A stretch of DNA of 26,927 nucleotides from Candidatus Bathyarchaeia archaeon (GTDB lineage: Archaea; Thermoproteota; Bathyarchaeia; Bathyarchaeales; JAWCNH01): NCBI GenBank assembly GCA_038848765.1, contig JAWCNH010000001.1:1-26927 (forward strand). The letters run 5' to 3'. The notes beneath the pieces are model-generated. The model saw only the letters and a program-made list of their open reading frames with translations, had not been told where the DNA came from and searched no databases. This document shows, piece after piece, positions 7,519 through 15,761 of the stretch. Within the stretch, counting starts at the first letter, position 1. Each line of letters opens with the position of its first letter. Position numbers and translations under genes: made by a program.

Positions 7519-9890
7519 GCCAACTTTTTATTGAGCATAAGTTGCCCTTCAAACTTTTCGAAATCAACATCTTAGAGGCTGATGGCGAAAAACTGTTAAA
7601 AATTAGCCAAGAAATGGGTTTAGGCTTAAACCTAGAAGAAATGATGGTGATTCAACAATATTTTTCAAGGAAAAGAAGGAACCCAACCGACGTCGAACTT
7701 CAAACAATTGGACAAACATGGTCAGAACATTGTTTCCATAAGACTTTCAAGGGAGAGATAACCTTCGGCAGGAACCAAATAGACGGACTTTTCAACACAT
7801 ACATAGCCAAAGTCACAAAAGAACTGAAACCTTCATGGTGCCTCTCCGTCTTCGAAGACAATGCGGGCATAATCGAATTTGAAAATGGTTATGCAGTAGC
7901 CGTTAAAGTTGAAACCCATAATCATCCATCAGCCATAGAACCCTTCGGCGGAGCAGCAACTGGAGTAGGCGGCGTCATAAGAGACATATTGGGCGTTTGG
8001 GCAGACCCAATAGCGTGCATGGACGTTTTGGGTTTCGGACCGCTAAATTATGACTATGGGCAGTTGCCTTTAGGCGTTAAGCATCCAAAATACTTGTTTA
8101 AAGGCGTGGTTGCTGGCATTGGCTGTTATGGCAATAACATGGGAATCCCAACGGTGAACGGTGCCGTATGCTTCGACGAAAGCTATGTGGGCAATGTCGT
8201 AGTTTACTGTGGTTGTGTCGGCATTCTTCCATGGGACAAATTCGTTAAGAATGTAAAGCCAGAAGACATTATTGTTTTGGCTGGCGGAAAAACTGGTCGT
8301 GATGGAATTCACGGAGTAACTTTCGCCTCTGCAGAACTAACTGAAAAATCGGAGGAAGTTTCGCGGCCAGCTGTGCAGATTGCGAATCCAATAGAGGAAG
8401 AGAAGCTTAAGCGAGCCATCATTGAAATCCGAGACAAGAAACTGGCTTCAGCCATAACCGACCTCGGCGGCGGAGGCTTATCCTCGGCTGTTGGAGAAAT
8501 GGCGCATAGATTTAAATGCGGCGCACATGTGGAGTTAGACCGTGTTCCATTGAAGTATCCAGACATGGCTCCTTGGGAAATCTACATTTCAGAATCACAA
8601 GAAAGAATGCTTTTGGCGGTTCCAAAGAATAATCTTCCAGAAACCTTGAAAATCTTCGCAATGGAAGATGTGGAAGCCACACCGATTGGCAAGTTCACAG
8701 AAGATGGAATCCTTAGAATTCATTATAGAGAGTCTCTTGTTGCAGAATTGGACATTTCCTTCCTTTTTAGCCCTCCAAGGATTAGGAGAAGAGCTGAATG
8801 GAAAGAACCAGACCTAGAAGAGCCAAGTTTTCCAGAACCGCAAAAACTGGGCGATTATGTTCTGAAGCTGTTGTCTTCGCCTAACATTGCAAGCAAAGAA
8901 TCAGTGATACGAACTTATGACCATGAAGTGAAAGGAAACACTGCGCTTAAACCGCTCCACGGCGAGTATGGGGGACCAAACGACGCTGCAGTGCTTAAGC
9001 CCTTAAACGATTCTTGGAAAGGCTTGGTCATATCTTGCGGCATTAATCCAAAATATGGTAAAATTGACCCTTACTGGATGGCTGCTTCTTGCATTGACGA
9101 AGCCATAAGAAACAATGTTGCAGTTGGCGGAAGAAGAATAGCTTTGCTTGACAATTTCACCTGGGGCAGCCCAGAACATGCAGACAGACTTGGCGCCCTT
9201 TTGAAAGCCTGCCAAGCATGTTACGAGTTTTCTAAAGGCTTTGAAACGCCCTTCATTTCTGGAAAAGACAGCCTCTATAATGAGTCGCCACTAGGTCCAG
9301 TAACGCCTACATTATTGATAACAGCTGTGGGCATCATTCCAGACATTAGAAAAGCTGTTTCACTCGACTTAAAAACGCCTGGAAACAATGTCTACGTGGT
9401 TGGTAAGACGTATCCAGAACTTGGCGGTTCAGCCTACTATGACTTGATGGGTTTTATTGGGAAGTCTGTTCCAAAAGTGAGGGTTAAGGAAGCAAAAAAA
9501 ATCATAAATGCAGTAACAAGTGCCATTGACGCTGGCTTTGTTAAGGCTTGTCATGACCTTTCTGAAGGCGGTTTGGCTGTGGCTGCTGCTGAAATGGCTT
9601 TAAGCAGCATGTTTGGAGTGGAACTTTATTTGAAAAAGGTTCCCTACTCTTCTTGGCAAAAAAGAAACGACTTCATTCTCTTCTCAGAATCAAACAGCCG
9701 TTTCCTTCTAGAAGTTGCAGAAAAACATGCGAACGAATTCAAATCCTTAATGAAAGGCATAACATGCGCCCAAATTGGAAAAGTGACTGAAAAACAGGCT
9801 CTAACCATTTATGGCTCAAACAATAAGCCGCTACTCGAAATTGGATTGGATGAACTTCGGAGAATCTGGAAAAGCGGGTTGGAAGGCTAA
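7515..9890 (+). CDS. purL: FGAM synthase synthetase subunit PurL
   Basis: Motifs WSEHC, KVETHNHPSAIEPFGGAATGVGGVIRD, DLGGGGL, SESQERM, ISGKDS, HDLSEGG and FSES. Confidence 0.97.
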   Translation: MSQLFIEHKLPFKLFEINILEADGEKLLKISQEMGLGLNLEEMMVIQQYFSRKRRNPTDVELQTIGQTWSEHCFHKTFKGEITFGRNQIDGLFNTYIAKVTKELKPSWCLSVFEDNAGIIEFENGYAVAVKVETHNHPSAIEPFGGAATGVGGVIRDILGVWADPIACMDVLGFGPLNYDYGQLPLGVKHPKYLFKGVVAGIGCYGNNMGIPTVNGAVCFDESYVGNVVVYCGCVGILPWDKFVKNVKPEDIIVLAGGKTGRDGIHGVTFASAELTEKSEEVSRPAVQIANPIEEEKLKRAIIEIRDKKLASAITDLGGGGLSSAVGEMAHRFKCGAHVELDRVPLKYPDMAPWEIYISESQERMLLAVPKNNLPETLKIFAMEDVEATPIGKFTEDGILRIHYRESLVAELDISFLFSPPRIRRRAEWKEPDLEEPSFPEPQKLGDYVLKLLSSPNIASKESVIRTYDHEVKGNTALKPLHGEYGGPNDAAVLKPLNDSWKGLVISCGINPKYGKIDPYWMAASCIDEAIRNNVAVGGRRIALLDNFTWGSPEHADRLGALLKACQACYEFSKGFETPFISGKDSLYNESPLGPVTPTLLITAVGIIPDIRKAVSLDLKTPGNNVYVVGKTYPELGGSAYYDLMGFIGKSVPKVRVKEAKKIINAVTSAIDAGFVKACHDLSEGGLAVAAAEMALSSMFGVELYLKKVPYSSWQKRNDFILFSESNSRFLLEVAEKHANEFKSLMKGITCAQIGKVTEKQALTIYGSNNKPLLEIGLDELRRIWKSGLEG

Positions 9891-9892
9891 TC

Positions 9893-10711
9893 ATGCAGAA
9901 GCAAAGCATTAATGTTTGCATTCTCCGAGTCGGCGGAACCAACTGCGACATGGAAACTCAACGGGCTTTCAACGATTTAGGCGTAAAAGCGGAAATAGTT
10001 CATTTCAACGAAATCCTACGTAAAAAAAGCTTGTTTGACTATGACGCCCTTGTTCTTCCAGGAGGCTTCTCTTATGGCGATTATGTGAGGGCTGGAGCCA
10101 TTTGGGCAAAGGGAATCGTTGCCAAACTTGGCCCTAGCCTAAAACGTTTTGTAAAGGAAGAGAGACCCATCCTTGGCATTTGCAACGGCTTCCAAGTTCT
10201 TGTTGAGGCGGGTTTGCTGCCAGGCTTTAGGGGAGTAAGCAAGTATCCCACAGCGGCTTTGGCGCCGAATGTTCCGTCTGGATATAATTGCAGATGGGTT
10301 TACATCAAACATGAAAATAATGGCAATTGCATCTTCACGAGAAAAATCGATAGAAAGGCTGTGTTGAGGGTTCCTGTGGCTCATTCGGAAGGTCGCTTTA
10401 TTTTTCCCAAAGAAAAAGAGAAGGAGTATTTGAAGAAGCTTTACAAGAATGACCAGCTGGTTTTTCGATACTGCCATGCAAATGGAGACTATGCGGAAGG
10501 TGAATATCCAGCCAATCCTAACGGTTCTTTTCACGACATCGCTGGAATCTGCAACTCAAACGGAACAGTCTTCGGCTTAATGCCACATCCAGAGAGAGCC
10601 TACTATGGCTGGCAACTGCCGGACTGGACTCGGAAAGAGAAGGTTCCTCAATACGGCGATGGAAAACTAATCTTCGAATCCATGATAGAATATTTAACCA
10701 AAAAGTTATAG
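9893..10711 (+). CDS. purQ: FGAM synthase glutaminase subunit PurQ
   Basis: Motifs GTNCD, PGGFSYGD, LGICNGFQ (catalytic Cys), AHSEG, NPNGS and MPHPER. Confidence 0.97.
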   Translation: MQKQSINVCILRVGGTNCDMETQRAFNDLGVKAEIVHFNEILRKKSLFDYDALVLPGGFSYGDYVRAGAIWAKGIVAKLGPSLKRFVKEERPILGICNGFQVLVEAGLLPGFRGVSKYPTAALAPNVPSGYNCRWVYIKHENNGNCIFTRKIDRKAVLRVPVAHSEGRFIFPKEKEKEYLKKLYKNDQLVFRYCHANGDYAEGEYPANPNGSFHDIAGICNSNGTVFGLMPHPERAYYGWQLPDWTRKEKVPQYGDGKLIFESMIEYLTKKL

Positions 10712-11419
10712 ATAGGCAAACAACTCATCAAGCCTTGATATTCTCATACAGTTCTCGTTTTTATGCAATCCCTTTCTATCAAGCAGCAGGGCTTTCATTC
10801 CCACGGATTTGGCTCCAAGATAATCCTCTTCGTATTTATCTCCTACATGCATCATTCTTGTTAAAGGCGTGTTGGAAAGTTTTGAAGCAATTTTAAAAAT
10901 TTCCGGATTAGGCTTCTCATATCCCACAGTGCCAGAAGCAACCAAAACGTCAAAGTAATTGCCTAACCCAGCCTTATCGAGATAAATTCTTAGATTCTTT
11001 TCTGAAGAAACATTGGAAACCGCAATTACCCGTATTCCCCTTTGCTTAAGCATTTTAAGGGTTGGTTCAGCGTCTTCGTAAGCTTGAAAAGCTGCCTTCT
11101 GAAACCAAAGGTTAGAAAGCTTCATGGCAAGTGTATTCGGGTTAGACAGCCCCAGAGTTGCCACCATTTTTTTAAGCAAACTAATCCTCATATCGTCATT
11201 CCAAATCTTGTCTGTTCTCGCTTTTTCTTCAAGCCAACATGCACGCGCCGATTCTAATGCTTCCTTAACTACGCTATCATTAACGTCGTAACCTAACTCG
11301 TTTAAAATCTCTTTATAAACAACAAATTCTTGAACCGCTTCATAATATAAAGTGCCGCCGCAGTCAAGCGACACTGTTTCTATATTAGAAGTTTTTGAAA
11401 TCCTTAAGTTCGTGGGCAT
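10706..11419 (-). CDS. HAD-IA family hydrolase (REG-2-like)
   Basis: Motif I SLDCGGTLY, motif II VSN, KPNPEIF and motif IV HVGDKYEEDYLGA. The start is uncertain because it overlaps the upstream kinase gene by 35 nt. Confidence 0.88.
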   Translation of the reverse strand: MPTNLRISKTSNIETVSLDCGGTLYYEAVQEFVVYKEILNELGYDVNDSVVKEALESARACWLEEKARTDKIWNDDMRISLLKKMVATLGLSNPNTLAMKLSNLWFQKAAFQAYEDAEPTLKMLKQRGIRVIAVSNVSSEKNLRIYLDKAGLGNYFDVLVASGTVGYEKPNPEIFKIASKLSNTPLTRMMHVGDKYEEDYLGAKSVGMKALLLDRKGLHKNENCMRISRLDELFAYL

Positions 11420-12299
11420 ACGGCAAGCCTCTCCTAGCGCCTATTTTTTCTATACATTTCGAAGCCACAAAATTTCCCAAGCGACCGCACTCACGCAAAT
11501 TCTTTCCTTTCAACAAACCGTATAAAAAGCCGGCGTTGAAGGCGTCGCCAGCACCTGTCGTGTCAACAACTTTCGCTTTAAACGGTTCTACGTGACACGC
11601 TTCTTTCCCATCCGTCACGTAGCATCCTTTGGCGCCAAGTTTTACAGCGACTATGTCCACGCCCATTTCGACAAACATTTCTGCGCCTTCCCTATAGCCC
11701 TTCCCAGTAAGCAACTTCATTTCGATTTCGTTCAGAAACAAGACAAAGCATCTTTTTATAATGGATTCTAGGCTTGTTAAACCCTTTCTCGCATATATCG
11801 TGCCTGGGTCAAGACTTACTTTGACTGAAGAGGGAATTTTTTTGACCAGTCTTTTTTGTGTTTCAAAGGATGTTTCGCCCACAAAAGAAGTTAAGTGTAG
11901 AAAACTTGTGTTTTCTGCGTATTTGACATTTATTTCTTCATATTGAATTGTGCTGTTAACGCCTGGGTCTACGTATAGGGCTCTTTCGCCGTTTTCGTCG
12001 ACAAAACCTAGAACAACTCCGCTTCTTCCCTTCTTAGAGACTATTATTCCGTCAATGTTAACGCCTTCTTTTTCAAAGTCTTTTAAGAGTAGTTTTCCTT
12101 CAATGTCTTGCGCTATTTTCCCTATATAGCCTACCTTCAAGCCTAATCTGGCTAAGCCAACAATTGTGTTTGCTGCTGAGCCTCCGCAAGCTTGTTTGAA
12201 ATTTTTTATGAAGCTTTCCTCGTCTTTTCCAGCAATTTTGTTTACTCTGTAAAGTTTGTCTACGTTTAAAGCGCCGAAACCCACAACGTCGAATTTCAT
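11385..12299 (-). CDS. PfkB/ribokinase-family kinase (EhaT-like)
   Basis: Motifs [15 protein letters not shown] and [12 protein letters not shown]. The start overlaps the stop of the ftr-like gene (ATGA-type overlap). Confidence 0.93.
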   Translation of the reverse strand: MKFDVVGFGALNVDKLYRVNKIAGKDEESFIKNFKQACGGSAANTIVGLARLGLKVGYIGKIAQDIEGKLLLKDFEKEGVNIDGIIVSKKGRSGVVLGFVDENGERALYVDPGVNSTIQYEEINVKYAENTSFLHLTSFVGETSFETQKRLVKKIPSSVKVSLDPGTIYARKGLTSLESIIKRCFVLFLNEIEMKLLTGKGYREGAEMFVEMGVDIVAVKLGAKGCYVTDGKEACHVEPFKAKVVDTTGAGDAFNAGFLYGLLKGKNLRECGRLGNFVASKCIEKIGARRGLPYAHELKDFKNF

Positions 12300-13207
12300 G
12301 GAAACAACTCTCTTAAATAAATCTTGTATTTTCCAAGTTTTCCGCCATAGTTTCCTGCAGAAATCTTCACAACATTTTCCACGTCAAGAATGCTTTCAAT
12401 TCCAGCCTTCATTGCCTCTTTCACTGCCTTTAAGGAAATGCCGTTGATCACTATTTCTGGAATATATTTTACGCCTTTTGGAACTTTCGACTCTTTCCCA
12501 AGTCTCTTTTTTAGTGAAGGGCAGTAGGGGTGGTTTGTTGTTGGTCCTATAGCTGGAAAACGAGTTTCTGGCTTCGAACCAGCGGAACACACGTCGAAAG
12601 GGGTAATGACTCCTTCCACTCGTCCAATAGCGTCTAAAGCCTTTCTTCCAGCCCTTTTTACGGCTTCTTTTGTTTTGCACATGTACCAGAAGTTGGCTCC
12701 GCATACTCCACGTGCATAGCCTATGTAACGTTCTATGTGAAAGTCTGGAACCATTATTGGAACAACAATCATGCGGCGTTCATAAAGTTGTTCTTCCCAC
12801 TCAAAACTGTCTCCACAATGGCCTACCAACTCCATCATGTCAATTTTTCCTTCTGCATTCGCCGTCGCGTCAAAAATTCTTGTGAAAGGTTTGACAAGAA
12901 TGTCTTGCCGAATCCGATAGGACAATTCTTTGGCAAACTTTCGAAGAACTTCTTCAAAGGGCTTGTCTGTTCGGAGTTCTCCCCAAAACTGCAAAACAGC
13001 GCCAAACCTTTTGTCCGGCGTTTCTTCTGGCTTTAACCATTTTTCCACTCCGCCTTCTGTTCTGCCAACAACTACTGCTGGTGTGGCTGTCGCATCTTCA
13101 GCAGCCTTTCTCAAAGTTTTTTTATCATCCGCAGTAACTATTACTCTGCAGTAGAGCCCTTCAAAAGCTTCTGCAAATGTATCTTCAACCTCTGCCTTCT
13201 GCTCCAA
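12296..13207 (-). CDS. ftr: Formylmethanofuran:H4MPT formyltransferase-family protein, divergent paralog (EhaS/Ftr-II-like)
   Basis: Motifs [32 protein letters not shown] and [11 protein letters not shown] are Ftr hallmarks. TTG 13207 follows GAGGAG; the ORF track start is TTG 13222. Confidence 0.9.
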   Translation of the reverse strand: MEQKAEVEDTFAEAFEGLYCRVIVTADDKKTLRKAAEDATATPAVVVGRTEGGVEKWLKPEETPDKRFGAVLQFWGELRTDKPFEEVLRKFAKELSYRIRQDILVKPFTRIFDATANAEGKIDMMELVGHCGDSFEWEEQLYERRMIVVPIMVPDFHIERYIGYARGVCGANFWYMCKTKEAVKRAGRKALDAIGRVEGVITPFDVCSAGSKPETRFPAIGPTTNHPYCPSLKKRLGKESKVPKGVKYIPEIVINGISLKAVKEAMKAGIESILDVENVVKISAGNYGGKLGKYKIYLRELFP

Positions 13208-13235
13208 AATTTCTCCTCTCAAATTTTAATTTCTT

Positions 13236-14315
13236 TTAGCCTAACCTGCCTATAGCCTCTCCTCTAACTTTTTTCCTAAATTCGCTGCTTTCTTTCCTCA
13301 GTCTTTCCATATTGTCTGAAGTTATGATTTCAATTTTAGGAAATTTTTTAGGCCACAATTCAAGAGCAAGCTTCGTTAAGCTTTGGTTTACATCATATTT
13401 CTTTAGGGCTTGGTGGCTCCAGTTTTCTACAAGCTTTAAGGTTTTTTCTTTGCCTAATCTCTGGAAAGTGTCGGCAAGGATTGAAGTTGCAAGGGTGTTG
13501 TGGGCGAGGACTGCGACTTCTGCCTCTCTTATGGCGTATTGGTTACCGTTAAAAGAAACAGTTAACCCTCCAAACCTTCTAACAAGCCTAAAACATTCCA
13601 CATCTGTAATGCTGTCGCCCACATACATGACATTATGCAACTGGCTTTCCAGTCGCTTAACAATTTCCTTCAAAATATTTGCTTTCTCTAAACCGCCAAC
13701 TGGATTTACCTCTTCCAAAATCTTTCCAGATTGCATCTGCTGAATTTCATTCCAGAAAATTTCGTTTAGTAGGCTAATTGTTTTTAGGCTTGTTTCTGAT
13801 AATTCTTGCAGAGACTTGACGCCTACTGGAATTTCTATTTGGGGTGCTTTTGCGATTTCTTGGGCAATTTCTTGAAGCCTTTTCTTTTCTTTTAGGCTTA
13901 TTTTGTATTTGTCAATGTCAAGTTTTGTTGAGTAAGTGTTTTCAAATGGGAAATCGGTAGCTTCACATAAAGCCCTTATGTAATGTTCATAGCTGGTGCT
14001 TAAAATGAAGGAGGGCATGATGCCCTTAACATAGCTTAGCGTTTCTTTTGCTCCTGGCATTAGCAGAATGTTCCTAATGGAAAACTCTTTCATTTTGCTG
14101 TTTGTTACGTCATATGCCCTCAAAAAGGGTAGAATCAGCCTTAACGTGTCTCCAGCCTTATAACCTGGCTTTTTTACAATGTCGGCGAGAACGTCGTCGT
14201 ATCTGCTTATTGTTGTGAAAAGTTTTTCTCCGTTTGGAATAAAGTTGCATGTTAATTCAAATGCGTTGTCGTTTTTTGATATTGGTCCCTCGCAGTCGGA
14301 AACAAAAATTCTCAA
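13236..14315 (-). CDS. EhaR-like protein (archaeal HAD-fold, predicted phosphatase)
   Basis: N-terminus MRIFVSDCEGPISKNDNAFEL, STSY and YVGDSITD (HAD motifs I, II and IV). The N-terminus matches proteins annotated as energy-converting hydrogenase A subunit R, recalled from memory. TTG start lies 1 nt after the purD stop. Confidence 0.8.
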   Translation of the reverse strand: MRIFVSDCEGPISKNDNAFELTCNFIPNGEKLFTTISRYDDVLADIVKKPGYKAGDTLRLILPFLRAYDVTNSKMKEFSIRNILLMPGAKETLSYVKGIMPSFILSTSYEHYIRALCEATDFPFENTYSTKLDIDKYKISLKEKKRLQEIAQEIAKAPQIEIPVGVKSLQELSETSLKTISLLNEIFWNEIQQMQSGKILEEVNPVGGLEKANILKEIVKRLESQLHNVMYVGDSITDVECFRLVRRFGGLTVSFNGNQYAIREAEVAVLAHNTLATSILADTFQRLGKEKTLKLVENWSHQALKKYDVNQSLTKLALELWPKKFPKIEIITSDNMERLRKESSEFRKKVRGEAIGRLG

Positions 14316-14316
14316 A

Positions 14317-15726
14317 TTATTTGCGCCTCAATTGTTTCATGTGCTGGATGGTTTTTTGAATATGCTCTTTTGAGGCTATGTCTGTGCGGTTCCAGAGGGC
14401 TCCGCCTCGTATGACATTTATTCCTTCTAGGGAGATGTCCCTAGCCTCTTGAATGTTGTCGCCTATGCCTACAACGCATACTGCCCTTGAGCCTAACGCA
14501 TAAATTTCATTGTCTCTTTGTTCCACTGAAGCGGGATAAACCCTTATTCTGTCTCCATATTTCTCGCTTAGTCTGTACGCCTCGTCCAGAACCACAGGCG
14601 TCCCAATTTCTTCTTTTCTAACCTTTTGCGGAAAGGCTTCTTGGAAGCCTCCATAGGAAGGTGGAACCTTATAGGTGACTACGGTTGCTTTTCCTTCAAA
14701 CTCTACATGGGAGAGGTTTCCTTCAACGATTTTGAAACAGACGTCCACGAAATCATCATTTAAGATTGGTAGAAGGTTTTGTATTTCTGGGTCGCCTGGT
14801 CTGCTGTTGTTCTCCAAAATTTTTAATCCATTGGCTGTGTGGATGAAAGCCACGTAGAAGGGTATGCCACGCAAACCAGATTCGACGTTCTCTCTTCTCA
14901 ATCCTTCGAAAATTTTGTTTACTATGGCTATTTCTTTTTCTCTGTCGGCTTTTGTCATGAAAGGAAGCCATTCGCCCACGTCTTTGTATGAGCCCATTCC
15001 TCCAGTGTTTGGTCCCCTGTCTCCGTCGAAGGCTCTCTTATAGTCTCTTGTTTCTGGCAAGGGCACTAGATGTTTTCCGTCGCAGAAGGCTTGGAAACTG
15101 GATTCTTCGCCCTCGATTTTTTCTTCTATTATGACTTTGCCATGTTGATAATTCGCCAAGAAATGTTCGAAGAGTTGTTTTCTCGTGGTGAAATGGTCGC
15201 CCCAAACTCCTACGCCTTTTCCCGCGGCTGGAGCATCTGGCTTCACGACAGCCTTGTTTTCTAGTTGGTCAAGCCAAGCATATACTTCCTTTTCAACCTC
15301 TCCAATGCTTGCAAAGTTTTTGGGGTTGAAAACTTTGAATTTCGGGTTTGCCTCTGGCACAACTTTTTCGAATAGTCTGCGCTGTTCCACTTTGCTTTTT
15401 TCTATTGCGCAATGTTGTGTAGGGCAAATCACGGGTATCTTTGTCTCTTTTTCTATTAGGTTTCTGATTCCTTCAATTATTGGTTTTTCTGGTCCAACTA
15501 TTGCGAAGTCTATTTCCTTTTGGTTTTGTTTGGCAAACTCGCAAATTTTGTTTATGTCGAGTGTGGGCACAACAACGTGTTTCGCTGCCCTTTTTAGGTT
15601 GTAAGGGTTTCTTTGTTTATCCACAACATAGATTTTAACATCATAGTTTCGGCTTCTGCTAAATGCATCTATCATTGCTGCCTCTCTGGCGCCGTAGGAA
15701 ACAACTAGGACGCCGACTTTTTCCAT
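14317..15726 (-). CDS. purD: Phosphoribosylamine-glycine ligase (GAR synthetase)
   Basis: Motifs VGPE, KPDAPAAGKGV, IEEKIEGEE, DYKRAFDGDRGPNTGGMGSY and NSRPGDPE. ATG 15726 follows GAGGGG; the track start is TTG 15738. Confidence 0.95.
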   Translation of the reverse strand: MEKVGVLVVSYGAREAAMIDAFSRSRNYDVKIYVVDKQRNPYNLKRAAKHVVVPTLDINKICEFAKQNQKEIDFAIVGPEKPIIEGIRNLIEKETKIPVICPTQHCAIEKSKVEQRRLFEKVVPEANPKFKVFNPKNFASIGEVEKEVYAWLDQLENKAVVKPDAPAAGKGVGVWGDHFTTRKQLFEHFLANYQHGKVIIEEKIEGEESSFQAFCDGKHLVPLPETRDYKRAFDGDRGPNTGGMGSYKDVGEWLPFMTKADREKEIAIVNKIFEGLRRENVESGLRGIPFYVAFIHTANGLKILENNSRPGDPEIQNLLPILNDDFVDVCFKIVEGNLSHVEFEGKATVVTYKVPPSYGGFQEAFPQKVRKEEIGTPVVLDEAYRLSEKYGDRIRVYPASVEQRDNEIYALGSRAVCVVGIGDNIQEARDISLEGINVIRGGALWNRTDIASKEHIQKTIQHMKQLRRK

Positions 15727-15761
15727 TGAACCCCTCAAAGAATCATGAAGTTAAACTCTTT

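Noticed and set aside
12296-14315. Reading ftr and ehaR as evidence for methanogenesis or an Eha hydrogenase at this locus
   Set aside because: No mcr, fwd, mch or NiFe-hydrogenase or membrane-arm genes are in the window, the Ftr is a divergent paralog, and the context is purine synthesis.
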